Of a DNA stretch of 40,018 nt, positions 27,414-37,482 are shown piece after piece. The notes below the pieces were generated by a model, which was given only the letters and a program-made list of their open reading frames with translations, did no database searches and was not told the origin of the DNA. The stretch comes from an uncultured bacterium (GTDB lineage: Bacteria; Abyssobacteria; SURF-5). Position 1 is the stretch's first letter, and every line of letters starts with the position of its first letter. The DNA lies in NCBI GenBank assembly GCA_964510165.1, contig CAZEBC010000010.1, forward strand, positions 1-40,018. Direction: 5' to 3'. Made by a program: the position numbers and the translations under genes.

Positions 27414-27460
27414 TTGGTGTCTTGCGGAGACGATGGTCGCGTCTTTGGCGAAAGCTCACA

Positions 27461-29899
27461 ATGAACTTTCGATTCATCTTTCGGTTGGGGCTGCTCCTGA
27501 TTCTTCTCTCAGCCACCCCGATTTCAAGGTCAGACGCTCAACCGGTCCGCCTGTGTGTCGTCGAGTTCGTATGCCTCGACCCTTCGGACGAACAGGCCTG
27601 GCTTGGCCCCGTCATCGCCGATTCCATCGAGTACAACCTCAAACTGCTTCCCGGACTCGATCTCGTCCATGAACGCATGCCCGTCGCCGGCCCGGAAACA
27701 AATCGGGTTTCCCACGATGCGCTCTGTTCCGACCTGTGCGCCATCGCCGAGGCAGTACGCGCCGAGTTTGTGCTCGGAGGCGATTTCCAGGCAAACGGGC
27801 AGGATGTTTCCGTAAACGTCTGCTTCTTCTCGGTTGCAGACCGGCAACAACAGGGCGGCGCTTCGTTCACCGCGTCCGTATCCGAGCTATACTCGCGGTT
27901 GGATGATCTTTCGGTCTCGATCGCGCAGGCGCTCGGATTTGCGTATTCGGATGAGCGCTACGAGCGCATGCGCAGGATTCCCACCGCGTCCATCCAGGCG
28001 ATGACGCTCTATGGACAGGCGCTCGCGGCCCCGACCGGCTCGCAGCAGGCCGAAGAGCTTCTCTCCCGCGCGCTCGCCGAAGACTCCGCATACTCCGACG
28101 CCCTCTCGAAGCTTGCCGTCCATTATTATCGGACCGACCGCATTGCCAAGGCGCAGGAGGCGCTCGAGCGGCTGGTCGAGATGCAGGAGGATTATCCTCA
28201 CGCCCTCTTCAATCTTGGACTGGTGTACCGCGCCAGAAAACATTACTCGAAGGCGGCCGAGAAATACGCCAAGGCGCTTCAATACGACCCCGAGGATTTC
28301 GATTCGTGGAACAACCTCGGCGTCATCTACCACATGATGGGCATGAACGAGAAGGCAAGAGAATCGTTCCGAAGAGCGCTTGAGATAAATCCGCATGACG
28401 TGAATGCGCGCAAGAACCTCGCGCGTGTCACCGAGGACCACGAAGCGCCGGGCCGTTCGGCGGGAATCGGCGGATTGAAAGAACATATCGAAGCCGGCTC
28501 CGCCCTGTATGCAAACGGCGACTACTGGCGGGCGGCCGAGGAATTCCGCAAGGCCCTCGAGTTGGACCCCGACAACTTCAAGGCCAACAATAACGTCGCC
28601 CTCACGTACCTGAAGCTTGGCGAAACGGACAAGGCGAGGGAGCACTTCAAGCGCGCGCTCAGCGCCGACCCTACGGCAATAGACGTCCGTGAGAACCTCG
28701 CCAAATTGCACGACGCAGGAACCCAGGACGCCGCGGACACGCGAAACGCTCATCCCGACGCGCTTGTGGCTGCGGGCAACATCTATCTGTCACGACGCTC
28801 GTACAACGAGGCGGTGGACTCGTTCGCCCGCGCGGTCGCGCTTGCGCCGCAGCACGTGAACGCCCTGAGCGGACTCGGCACCGCATACTTCGCGCTCGGC
28901 GACTACGAAAAGGCGCGAGAGCAATTCAAGAAAGCGCTGACCATGGACCCCGAAAACCAGGTCGTAACAAGGAAGCTCGCGGACGTCGAGTTCGTCATCG
29001 CATCCTCTGAAAGGCCGGCCGACCGCGACATATTCCGGCTCGCGCTTCCCCAACAGGTCGAGGCGCGCGCATTGTTCGTTCGAGCGAACGAGTTGTATGA
29101 GAAGGGCAACTATGACGAGGCTGCGCGCGAGTATCTGCGCGCGCTTGACCTCTCGCCGGCTTCGGTCGAAATCCTCAACAATCTCGGCAGCGCCTATTTC
29201 GTGCTCAAACGCTATGATGAGGCAAGCGCGGTGCTGAAGAAGGCTCAAACGCTCGACCCCGACAACGAGACCATCAGCCACAATCTCGACGTGCTTTCGT
29301 CAATCGAGCGCGCCGAAAAACCTGCCGATATGAAGCGCATCCCGTCCCTCGCGCAGGACACCCAGCCGCCCGAGCCGAATATGGAAATCGCTCCGGCTCC
29401 ACAGGCCGACTCCAATGTTCCCGAAGGCCCCGTAGTCACGGAAGAACCCTCAGCAGAAACCGCTCCGTCTTTAGCCAGCGAGGACTCCGCCCCGAGCAAG
29501 AAGGAAACGAAACAAAGCTCTCACCTGCCGCTCGAATCGGTCCCGCTGTCTTCGCGCGACCACTTCGATATGGGCGTCATCAAGGAACAGGAAGGGAATC
29601 TCAAAGCGGCGCTCACGCACTATACGGAGGCGGTCCGCCTCGACCCCTCCAACGCCAACGCCCAATATAACCTGGGCAATGTGCACTACCGCTTTGGCAG
29701 ATATGAGGCCGCCATCGAATGCTACGTCGCCGCGCTCAAGGCAGACCCCTCACTGGCCATGGCAATGAACAACGTCGGCGTGGCTTATTACAGGATGGGC
29801 AGAATCCCCGAGGCCACCGCGGCATGGAAGCGCGCTCTTGAAATCGACCCCGCCCTCGAAAGCGCCATTGAAAACCTGAAGAACTATGCCGGGGAATGA
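27461..29899 (+). CDS. Exported multi-TPR protein with N-terminal TolB-like/CsgG-like alpha/beta domain
   Basis: Signal peptide MNFRFIFRLGLLLILLSA. Many TPR motifs (ALFNLGLVY, SWNNLGVIY, AQYNLGNVHY, AWKRALEIDP) and a Pro/acidic linker before the last TPR block. Confidence 0.88.
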   Translation: MNFRFIFRLGLLLILLSATPISRSDAQPVRLCVVEFVCLDPSDEQAWLGPVIADSIEYNLKLLPGLDLVHERMPVAGPETNRVSHDALCSDLCAIAEAVRAEFVLGGDFQANGQDVSVNVCFFSVADRQQQGGASFTASVSELYSRLDDLSVSIAQALGFAYSDERYERMRRIPTASIQAMTLYGQALAAPTGSQQAEELLSRALAEDSAYSDALSKLAVHYYRTDRIAKAQEALERLVEMQEDYPHALFNLGLVYRARKHYSKAAEKYAKALQYDPEDFDSWNNLGVIYHMMGMNEKARESFRRALEINPHDVNARKNLARVTEDHEAPGRSAGIGGLKEHIEAGSALYANGDYWRAAEEFRKALELDPDNFKANNNVALTYLKLGETDKAREHFKRALSADPTAIDVRENLAKLHDAGTQDAADTRNAHPDALVAAGNIYLSRRSYNEAVDSFARAVALAPQHVNALSGLGTAYFALGDYEKAREQFKKALTMDPENQVVTRKLADVEFVIASSERPADRDIFRLALPQQVEARALFVRANELYEKGNYDEAAREYLRALDLSPASVEILNNLGSAYFVLKRYDEASAVLKKAQTLDPDNETISHNLDVLSSIERAEKPADMKRIPSLAQDTQPPEPNMEIAPAPQADSNVPEGPVVTEEPSAETAPSLASEDSAPSKKETKQSSHLPLESVPLSSRDHFDMGVIKEQEGNLKAALTHYTEAVRLDPSNANAQYNLGNVHYRFGRYEAAIECYVAALKADPSLAMAMNNVGVAYYRMGRIPEATAAWKRALEIDPALESAIENLKNYAGE

Positions 29900-29906
29900 T
29901 CGAATT

Positions 29907-29945
29907 TAAATCGGGGACATCATAATTTATGGTGTCCCTGTTTTA
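29907..29945. repeat. Palindromic repeat family B, copy 4
   Basis: TAAATCGGGGACATCATA att TATGGTGTCCCTGTTTTA between convergent genes. Confidence 0.8.
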
Positions 29946-29974
29946 GGTTTGGGGCGAGCCAGATCGCGCTCTCC

Positions 29975-30868
29975 TCACACCACCATCGGCACGATCAGCG
30001 AGCGCATGCGAGTCGTGACGATGCGGAACAGATTAAAGAACAGCTTTGTGCCGATCTCCGGATTCTTCTTGCGCAGCTTGTTGAGGTCGTCCTCACTCAT
30101 CACGAGCAGGTCCGAATCCGTGAGCGCGACGGCGGAAGCCATGCGCGCCTTCCTGGTCGCGAGTCCAAGTTCGCCGAAGACGTCGCCCTCGCCCATCACC
30201 GCCAGCCGCTTGGATTGGCCGCCCTCCTTCTTGGTGATGGCGATAGTCCCGGTCAGCACGCAGTAAAGCTCGGTGCCGACTTGGCCCTCAAGGAAGACCG
30301 GCTGTCCCTGGACCGCGTGTATCACGTTGCTGTACTTGAGCAGCTTCTTCTTCTCCGCGTCCTTTAAGCCTCTGAGAAGCTTCGGCGCCATCACGGTCTC
30401 GTCAAGCAGTTTGCCCTGGATCGAATCGCGCAGACGCTCGCCGGTGATATAGAAGAGATTCATCAGAAGTTTCGAGGCAAGGTCCGGCTCCCGTTCAAGC
30501 AAGTTACGGAAGGCCTCTTCACGTATGACGAACAGGACGGTGTCCGCGGCCGCGAGGGCCGTCGCCGAGCGGCGGAGCGATTCCTGTTTTCCGCGCTTTG
30601 TCGCCGGCGCTGTGACCGACAGTTCGCCAAAGAGTTCTCCCTGGCGAAGCAGCGCGATGCTCTTGGGCGGAGTCACCGTGTCATCCACGATGCGGACCGC
30701 GCCGTCCATGATGATAAGCATCTCGTCCCCGCTCTGCCCCTTTCGGAAGACGGGAGACCCCTTGGCAAACCACTCCTGAATGCCCACCTTGTCGAGATGC
30801 TTCATTTCCGATGAGCTTAAGCCGTGGTAAATGCGAGCGACTTCCTCTTTCTTCTTGAAGAATAGCAT
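29975..30868 (-). CDS. Tandem cyclic nucleotide-binding domain protein (2x cNMP, no effector domain)
   Basis: Two domains with GELFGEL..RSATA and GDVFGELGLATRKARMASA. Confidence 0.88.
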   Translation of the reverse strand: MLFFKKKEEVARIYHGLSSSEMKHLDKVGIQEWFAKGSPVFRKGQSGDEMLIIMDGAVRIVDDTVTPPKSIALLRQGELFGELSVTAPATKRGKQESLRRSATALAAADTVLFVIREEAFRNLLEREPDLASKLLMNLFYITGERLRDSIQGKLLDETVMAPKLLRGLKDAEKKKLLKYSNVIHAVQGQPVFLEGQVGTELYCVLTGTIAITKKEGGQSKRLAVMGEGDVFGELGLATRKARMASAVALTDSDLLVMSEDDLNKLRKKNPEIGTKLFFNLFRIVTTRMRSLIVPMVV

Positions 30869-30993
30869 GGCGGTGTCCCCCTTTGACCGTTGTCAGCGAG
30901 CCGAGGAACATGATAAGGACAAATCCCAGTCTACATTGAATATCGCGCAAAAGTCAAAATAGGCAAGGTGGACGCTATGCCCACAAACAAGAA

Positions 30994-31022
30994 TGTGGGG
31001 ACGCGCGGCGCGCGTCCCCACA
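30994..31022. repeat. Perfect palindrome, family C variant
   Basis: TGTGGGGACGCGC GGC GCGCGTCCCCACA (13 bp stem, GGC loop). Confidence 0.8.
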
Positions 31023-31083
31023 CACGAATCGAATATAGTGTGCGGGCGTTGCCAACCCCCGCAGCCTTATCAACTTCGCTCTT

Positions 31084-32268
31084 TCAGCGGTCTCTCAGGT
31101 TCTGCTCGCTCCTCCACCAATTCAGCCACGCTTCCTTGTCACAGCCAAAATCCTCGTTGGCCAACGACTGCAACGCGCGACACGATTCCACCTGATACAC
31201 AAGGTCCGGGCTGTCGGTAAACCCGATCAGAGTCTCCATCCCGCTGTAGTCCTTCAGTCGGGCAAGCGCCTGGGCGGTCTTGATCTGTATCGCGGCGTTA
31301 TCTTCCTCGAGCATCGGCCTGAGCGCGGCAACGGCGCGGACGTCGCCCAACTTGCCCAACGATTCGGCCGAATCGCATCTCACGAGATAATGCGGGTCGT
31401 TGAGACACGCAATGAGATAAGGCACGGCGGCCGGATTGCCCAGGTTGCCGAGTGTGTAGGCGGCCTCCTTGCGCACGTATGCGTCCTCGTCGCCAAGCGC
31501 GGCGACCACTTGTTCGTAGCTCTTTGGATGATTGAGATGCTCCAGCCCGAACATGCCCCACATCCTGACTTCCTGCGCGGAGTCGTTAAGCGAGCCGAGC
31601 AGGATGGGGAGCGCTCTGTTGTCGGGCGGCGCCTCCGCAATCGTGTTGACCACGTAGAAGCGGACGAGCCGGTCAGGGAACTCCGCCAGCTTTTCCAACG
31701 CCCGGTACGCCTCGTCATCGTCTATCTTGACGAGCGCGATCACCAGGTGCATCCGTGTGGCCGCATCCTGCCGCTCGAATCGCTTCATTATCTCAGCCGT
31801 GTCTCCCGGCCGGGCTAGGTGCGTTATCGCCGTCGCGGCGAACATCCGCCCTCGCGGAGACGGCTCGGATTCGAGCGCCTTCAAAAGATGCGGCATGGCG
31901 TCCCTCCCCGCGTCACCAAGCGAGAGGATGGCTATCGCCCGCACGGTGCGGTCGGGGTCGGTCAACAGGGTCGCCAAGGCATCGGCGGCGCGTGCGCCCC
32001 CGATCTTGCCGAGGGATTGAATGGCTGCGCGCCTCACGCCGGGATCAGCGTCGCTCAGCGCCTCCTTCAGGGCAGGGACAGCCGATTCCCCATACTCTTG
32101 AAGGGTGACCACCGCGCCCATGCGAACTTGCGGGTCTTCGCTGCCGAGCGCATACTTGACATCTTCGAGACGGTGGTTCCTCTCGGAACTTCGGCTGCTC
32201 AGAGCCACCGCCACGATTGGGATTGGGAGAATCAGGAAAAAGAGGGCAATCCTTTTCAGGTGTTTCAT
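31084..32268 (-). CDS. HEAT/PBS-lyase repeat protein with N-terminal hydrophobic anchor or signal
   Basis: Repeated L.D.D..VR..A..LG units (ALSDADPGVRRAAIQSLGK, LGDEDAYVRKEAAYTLGN) and C-terminal DFG.D..AW..WW. Start ATG 32268 or 32277. Confidence 0.9.
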   Translation of the reverse strand: MKHLKRIALFFLILPIPIVAVALSSRSSERNHRLEDVKYALGSEDPQVRMGAVVTLQEYGESAVPALKEALSDADPGVRRAAIQSLGKIGGARAADALATLLTDPDRTVRAIAILSLGDAGRDAMPHLLKALESEPSPRGRMFAATAITHLARPGDTAEIMKRFERQDAATRMHLVIALVKIDDDEAYRALEKLAEFPDRLVRFYVVNTIAEAPPDNRALPILLGSLNDSAQEVRMWGMFGLEHLNHPKSYEQVVAALGDEDAYVRKEAAYTLGNLGNPAAVPYLIACLNDPHYLVRCDSAESLGKLGDVRAVAALRPMLEEDNAAIQIKTAQALARLKDYSGMETLIGFTDSPDLVYQVESCRALQSLANEDFGCDKEAWLNWWRSEQNLRDR

Positions 32269-32414
32269 CGGATTCATCTCCGTTTCTTAAAGGGGGATTG
32301 CTCCTCAACGCCGATGAGCGAGGATGGGGTGGATACCCTCTTCTCATCCGAATGGATTATACCATATGGTCAACATGTTTGTAAACAGGGGCGGACGCGC
32401 GTCAATGCCGCCGC

Positions 32415-32873
32415 TCAGCCCAGCCATTTCACCTCTTTCGGATAGTTGTCCCCGTATTTCGTTCGCATATACATCACGTTCGTCAGGCGCAGCCGGTGAC
32501 ACAATACCTCTATAACATTGGCCAGAAACTGCCTGGGTATCTTCTTCTCCATCAGTGTCTTGAGAACTTCCTCGCTCAGCACGAGAACCTGCGAGTTCTC
32601 CGCTGCAAGCGCGTGCGCCGACCGTGTGCTCCGCTCAAACATCGCCATCTCGCCAAAAATCTCGCCCGGCCCCAGTTCGGCAAGGACCTTTTTGTGGGTG
32701 TCATATTCGTCAACGATATTGATCTTTCCCTTCAATACGATGTACATCTCATGGCCGACGTCGCCCTTGCGGAAAAGCAGTTTCCCCCTCTCGATCGGGC
32801 GGATGACGCCAACATCGAGAATGTTGTTCATTTCCGACTTGCTCAGGTTGCGGAATACGTCAAACTCAGCCAC
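32415..32873 (-). CDS. Standalone cyclic nucleotide-binding domain protein
   Basis: LFRKGDVGHEMYIVLKGKI and GEIFGEMAMFERSTRSAHA. GTG start after SD AAGGAGG. Upstream TTGACA-17-TAAGAT (32947-32919). Confidence 0.9.
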   Translation of the reverse strand: MAEFDVFRNLSKSEMNNILDVGVIRPIERGKLLFRKGDVGHEMYIVLKGKINIVDEYDTHKKVLAELGPGEIFGEMAMFERSTRSAHALAAENSQVLVLSEEVLKTLMEKKIPRQFLANVIEVLCHRLRLTNVMYMRTKYGDNYPKEVKWLG

Positions 32874-33276
32874 GTTGCCTCCTTCCCGGGGTTGCTCGGT
32901 TCCCCTCTCTCGTCAAATATCTTAGGCGCTCATCGAAAAAATGTCAACGGGATGCTCAAGCCGATGGGCGGCGCCGATAATGGCCCGGTGAAACTCGTGA
33001 TTCCCTTCGTCTGCGGAATGCCGGGCTGTCACGGCACGGGCGCATCCGGGGGACAGTGAGCGAAAACCAGGTAACCCCGCCCTAAGGCCAGATCGAGTGG
33101 CCGGTCTTCACAAGGCAAAAAGGGCCCGGACTTGTTATATCCCCCGGGTTATTTCTTTGTTGACAAAACTACCCTTGTATGATTTAATGTTTGGCAAATA
33201 AATCTGACATCTTACGTCATGCGCGGTTTCCCGCCAAGGATTTCGCAGACGGGTTGAAACCCGAAGAGAGTGGAAG

Positions 33277-35004
33277 ATGTCTGTCAGCAAAGGCTTTATC
33301 GCTGTAACCCTCGCCGTCGCGCTTGCGCTCACCGCCCTACCCGCTTTCGCGATGCCGCCGCATCCTCAGTTGCTCGAGAAGTTCAGGACCGGCGAACTCA
33401 AGACACCCGATTTCGTCCGCACCCCTGAAGCGCTTAAGGCGAGAGGGATAAATCAGGCGGGCGCCGAGCCGGATATCCGCTCAATGTCGCTCTATCCCGC
33501 GCCGCCGGCCGGCGGGCCGACAGGCACATTCAGAGCCTTGGCGCTGCTGGTGGACTTTTCGGACAAGGTCAAGCAGGTCTCTGCCAGCTACTTCGACACA
33601 CTGATTTTCGGGACGACCGGCTCAACCGTGCGGAATTACTACGGCGAGGTGTCCTATGGCTCGCTCACCATCGTGACGGTGCACCTGCCCGGTTCAACCG
33701 GCTGGTTCAGGGCGCCCCGGCTCTACTCGTACTATACGAATGGCCAGTACGGCCTGGAGGGCGCCTATCCCAACAACGCCCAGAAGCTTGTCGAGGACGT
33801 CGTGGATGCCGCCAATGCGGTTGTGGACTTCTCTCAATACGACAACAACGGCGATTCCTTCGTTGACGCGCTTTTCGTGATACACGCGGGACCGGGCGCC
33901 GAGTTCACGGGCAGTCCCAACGATATCTGGTCGCATCAATGGGCTATCGTCCCCAGGCTCAAGGACGGCGTCTACATCAGCGTCTACTCGATGGAGCCCG
34001 AGTACTGGCTCAGCCCCGGCGACATGACCGCGGGAGTCTATTGCCATGAACTCGGCCATGTGTTCGGCCTGCCCGACCTGTATGACACCGACGGCTCATC
34101 CGCCGGCGTTGGCAACTGGAGCCTCATGAGTTATGGAAGCTGGAACGGTCTGCTTGGCAATTCACCCGCGCATCCGGACGCGTGGAGCCGCAAGCGCCTG
34201 GGCTTCGTCGGATCGACAATTGTCGCGACCGACACCATCGGCCTGAGCATCCCGGCGATCGAAAACCAGCCGCAGATGTTCTATTTATGGAATTCCGGAG
34301 GCTTAAATGCAGAATACTTCCTTGTGGAGAACCGACAAAAGATCGGGTTCGACTCCGCTCTGCCGGGATCGGGGCTGTTGATCTGGCATGTAGACGAGAA
34401 TAAATCCAGCAACGACAACGAATGCCTTAATCTCCAGAACTGTAGTTGCGTCAATCACTTCCATGTAGCGCTCGAACAGGCCGACGGTCAGCTTCACCTT
34501 GAAAAGAACTACAGCGGCGACGCGAGCGATCCGTTCCCCGGCTCGTTCAACAAGCGCACGTTCGACGCGGTGACATCGCCCAACAGCGGCTCGTACGCCA
34601 ACTGCGCCTCTACCGTCGCGATTCGCAACATCAGCAATTCTGCCGCCACGATGACGGCCGATGTCTTCGTTGGCGTGAGCACGCCGCTCGCCACCATAGG
34701 CCTCATCTCCCCTGCCGACCAGGCGACCGTAACTTCGCGCCCCACGTTCATGTGGTTGGCCGACGGCGGCGCCAATAATGTTTATGCGGTGGACCTCAGC
34801 CTCTCACCCAGTTTCTCGACATACTGGTCCACCTATAACAACCTGCATACGGCGCTCAGGACAACAAGTTGGACCATGACACCGGCTCAATGGAACCAGG
34901 TTCCTTCGGCAAGCTGGATACACTGGCGGGTTCGAGGTGTGGACCTCAATCAGATTCCGAGGCAGTTAATCACGAGTCAGGTGTGGTCTTTCTATAGGCC
35001 ATGA
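33277..35004 (+). CDS. Secreted M6 family metalloprotease (immune inhibitor A-like) with C-terminal Trp-rich domain
   Basis: Signal peptide ending AFA|MPPHP, LLVDFSD, YDNNGD..VDALFVIHAG, IWSH, zincin HELGHVFGLPDLYD, WSLMSYGSW, EYFLVENRQ, GLLIWHVDE. Confidence 0.92.
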   Translation: MSVSKGFIAVTLAVALALTALPAFAMPPHPQLLEKFRTGELKTPDFVRTPEALKARGINQAGAEPDIRSMSLYPAPPAGGPTGTFRALALLVDFSDKVKQVSASYFDTLIFGTTGSTVRNYYGEVSYGSLTIVTVHLPGSTGWFRAPRLYSYYTNGQYGLEGAYPNNAQKLVEDVVDAANAVVDFSQYDNNGDSFVDALFVIHAGPGAEFTGSPNDIWSHQWAIVPRLKDGVYISVYSMEPEYWLSPGDMTAGVYCHELGHVFGLPDLYDTDGSSAGVGNWSLMSYGSWNGLLGNSPAHPDAWSRKRLGFVGSTIVATDTIGLSIPAIENQPQMFYLWNSGGLNAEYFLVENRQKIGFDSALPGSGLLIWHVDENKSSNDNECLNLQNCSCVNHFHVALEQADGQLHLEKNYSGDASDPFPGSFNKRTFDAVTSPNSGSYANCASTVAIRNISNSAATMTADVFVGVSTPLATIGLISPADQATVTSRPTFMWLADGGANNVYAVDLSLSPSFSTYWSTYNNLHTALRTTSWTMTPAQWNQVPSASWIHWRVRGVDLNQIPRQLITSQVWSFYRP

Positions 35005-35097
35005 GGTCTGGCAAGAGAAGCGATTAGTGAAGTAAGCGGTCCACAGGCAGGGAAAGAAACATAACCGGCAACGTCAAACAAGCCGTCCGCAGCAAAC

Positions 35098-35547
35098 TCA
35101 ATCGCTCGCCTGAGGCTCTCGGGCGGCTTCCTCAGCCAATTTACGATTCGCCTCGGCCAATTCACCAAAGGTCCTGCTGCGCAACATCTCCAGCAGATTG
35201 TCCTGAGCCTTGCACCAGACGTCGTGCACCGCGCAGACAGGCTGATTCCCACATGCGTTCCCGTTTGTGACACAGACGTTCAGTGAAATCTGTCCTTCTA
35301 TTGCCTCCAGAACATCAAGAAGCGTGATTTCATGCGGGTCTTTCGTTAAGGCGAAGCCGCCGCCCGTGCCCCTTGACGAGTTGACAAGTCCGGCTCTCGA
35401 AAGATTTTGGAATATCTTCGATAGGAAACTGGGCGGTATTAGCTGGCGTTCCGATATCTCGCTCAGAAGGCATACCGAACCCTTCGGCTGCGAGGACAGA
35501 TACAAAATGCCTCGTATCGCATATTCAGCCGCTCGAGTAATCTGCAT
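35098..35547 (-). CDS. Rrf2 family transcriptional regulator (3-Cys, probable Fe-S sensor)
   Basis: MQITRAAEYAIR, SSRGTGGGF, ITLLDVLEAIEG, C-x6-C-x5-C followed by H..W. SD GGAGG. Upstream TTTACA-17-CATACT. Confidence 0.93.
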   Translation of the reverse strand: MQITRAAEYAIRGILYLSSQPKGSVCLLSEISERQLIPPSFLSKIFQNLSRAGLVNSSRGTGGGFALTKDPHEITLLDVLEAIEGQISLNVCVTNGNACGNQPVCAVHDVWCKAQDNLLEMLRSRTFGELAEANRKLAEEAAREPQASD

Positions 35548-35646
35548 ATGTTCCTCCATCGTTCCCCGTGTCACCAAACAATCTTAGTATGACATCAACG
35601 GGGCCAATTGTAAATGCCTTTCTTTCTCTTTTTTTTTGTGAATATT

Positions 35647-36285
35647 CTAACCCAGCGGGCCGGCGATCAACCTGAATATGGCCAGCGGCCCCGCAAGCAG
35701 CTTGCCGAAAACGCCCGTCATCAAGAAGAAGATCAGTATCACAAACCCGTATTGCTCCAGCCTTCTGAAATGCGTCGCCGCGTCCAGCGGAAGATAATGG
35801 AACAGCACATGTGACCCGTCCAGAGGAGGAATCGGGATCAGATTGAACACCGCAAGCACCACGTTTATCAGCATCAAATACTTGAGAATATATACCACAG
35901 GAACGGCGTATGTTGTCAAGGCGAACACGTAAATGCTCCGCAATACGCTTGCCGCGAACAAAGCCAGCAGGAGGTTGCTCCCGATTCCCGCGAGAGAAAC
36001 GATCATATCATCGCGCCGATAATTCTGAAAACGCGTCGGATTGATGGGCACCGGCTTCGCCCAGCCAAGCAGAAACGGCACATTCGTGATGATCGCCAGC
36101 AGCGGAAATATTATCGTGCCTACCGGGTCTATATGAACCACGGGGTTGAGGGTCATCCGGCCCATCAGCCGCGCGGTATCGTCGCCGCACATGTTCGCGG
36201 TCCATGCGTGCGCGAACTCATGCACGCAACACGAAAAGAGCAACACGACGTACAATACTATCAGATTTACTACGTGACCATCCAT
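35647..36285 (-). CDS. Site-2 protease (peptidase M50)
   Basis: HEFAH, GDDTARLMGRMTLNP, GWAKPVP, FNLIPIPPLDGSH. Confidence 0.95.
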   Translation of the reverse strand: MDGHVVNLIVLYVVLLFSCCVHEFAHAWTANMCGDDTARLMGRMTLNPVVHIDPVGTIIFPLLAIITNVPFLLGWAKPVPINPTRFQNYRRDDMIVSLAGIGSNLLLALFAASVLRSIYVFALTTYAVPVVYILKYLMLINVVLAVFNLIPIPPLDGSHVLFHYLPLDAATHFRRLEQYGFVILIFFLMTGVFGKLLAGPLAIFRLIAGPLG

Positions 36286-36319
36286 TCATACCCGCTTCGC
36301 ACTAACGCCCCAACCAGAT

Positions 36320-36343
36320 TGTGGGGACGTACGGCGTGCGCCC
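36320..36343 (+). repeat. Family C REP-like copy
   Basis: TGTGGGGACGTAC GGC GTGCGCCC, same GGC loop as the copies at 30994 and 39997. Confidence 0.7.
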
Positions 36344-36357
36344 GCCTGCACAGCGCC

Positions 36358-37482
36358 TCAGCTAACCAGCTTCGCCTCCCTCGCAAATCGCATGAAGAGC
36401 TCTTTCTCCGATTCGCCGAGTGACTCCGGTATCTTCACATTAACCGTAACAATATGATCTCCACGCCCGTTGCCATGCGCCTTCTTGACGCCCCGGCCCT
36501 TCAGCCTGAGCTTCTTTCCCGGCTGAATGCCCGGCGGAATACGCAGATTCACCGTGCCGTCGAGCGATTCCACCTTGACATTGGTCCCGAGCACCGCCTG
36601 CGCCAGGTTGATGGTAAAGTCGGAATAGATGTTGCTACCCTCTCGCCTGAATTTGGGATGCTGACGCACCCTCACCGTGATGATCAGATCGCCGGGCGCA
36701 CCGCCCTGCATGCCTTTCTGGCCCTGACCGGCGACTCGAATCTTGGAGCCGTCTGCCAGGCCCGCAGGTATCTTCACCGAGATTGAACGGGTCTCCACGG
36801 AGCTTCCGCTGCCTCCGCACCCGCTGCACGGCTTGCCGCCCACCACGCCTCTGCCCAGACAGTGCGGGCAGGGCCGGCTGATGGAAAAGGCGCCCTGGCT
36901 GGTAGCCACATTTCCGCGGCCTTGACACGTCGGACAGGTTTGCGCGCCGGAACCGGGGTCCGTGCCCGCGCCGCCACAGCGCGAACACTCTTCCTCACGG
37001 GCAAGCTGGATCGTGGTCTTGCCGCCCGAGACGGCCTGCTCGAACGGAATCTCGATCTCGGCGTGTGTGTCTTCGCCCTTCGCGGGCCCGGCGAACCCGC
37101 CGCCCCACTCCCGCGTTCCCGGTCGCGCGCCAAACCCGAATATCGAACTGAAAAGGTCCCCCAGGTCTCCGAAGCCCGAAAGGTCCTCAAACCGGAATTG
37201 CTGGCCCCCCGCGCCCGGACGCGCGCCGAACCCCTTGAAACCACTCGGGCCAGCGCCGAAAAAGGCGCCGTCGCGCATCTGGTCGTACTGCTTGCGTTTG
37301 CTCTCGTCCCCAAGGACGTCATAGGCCTCTTGGACCTGCTTGAATTTCTCTTCCGCCTGCTTGTTCCCCGGGTTCTTGTCGGGATGATATTTTTTTGCCA
37401 GCTTGCGATATGCGTCCCGTATATCCTTGGCCGATGCGCTCTTCGAGACACCCAGAATGTTATAGTAATCCTTCGGCGGCAA
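36358..37482 (-). CDS. dnaJ: Molecular chaperone DnaJ (class A)
   Basis: J domain with HPD, G/F-rich region, four CxxCxGxG repeats, C-terminal domain. TTG start after SD GAGGTG. Could be a paralogue because dnaK and grpE are not adjacent. Confidence 0.93.
   Translation of the reverse strand: MPPKDYYNILGVSKSASAKDIRDAYRKLAKKYHPDKNPGNKQAEEKFKQVQEAYDVLGDESKRKQYDQMRDGAFFGAGPSGFKGFGARPGAGGQQFRFEDLSGFGDLGDLFSSIFGFGARPGTREWGGGFAGPAKGEDTHAEIEIPFEQAVSGGKTTIQLAREEECSRCGGAGTDPGSGAQTCPTCQGRGNVATSQGAFSISRPCPHCLGRGVVGGKPCSGCGGSGSSVETRSISVKIPAGLADGSKIRVAGQGQKGMQGGAPGDLIITVRVRQHPKFRREGSNIYSDFTINLAQAVLGTNVKVESLDGTVNLRIPPGIQPGKKLRLKGRGVKKAHGNGRGDHIVTVNVKIPESLGESEKELFMRFAREAKLVS

Noticed and set aside
30866..30881. 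GGTGTCCCC resembling a family B half-site
   Set aside because: It has no partner arm and is explained as the G-rich ribosome-binding region of the tandem cNMP gene.
32950..33276. Possible riboswitch or small ORF between the cNMP gene and the M6 protease
   Set aside because: Only short hairpins, no recognisable aptamer consensus, and no SD-supported ORF.
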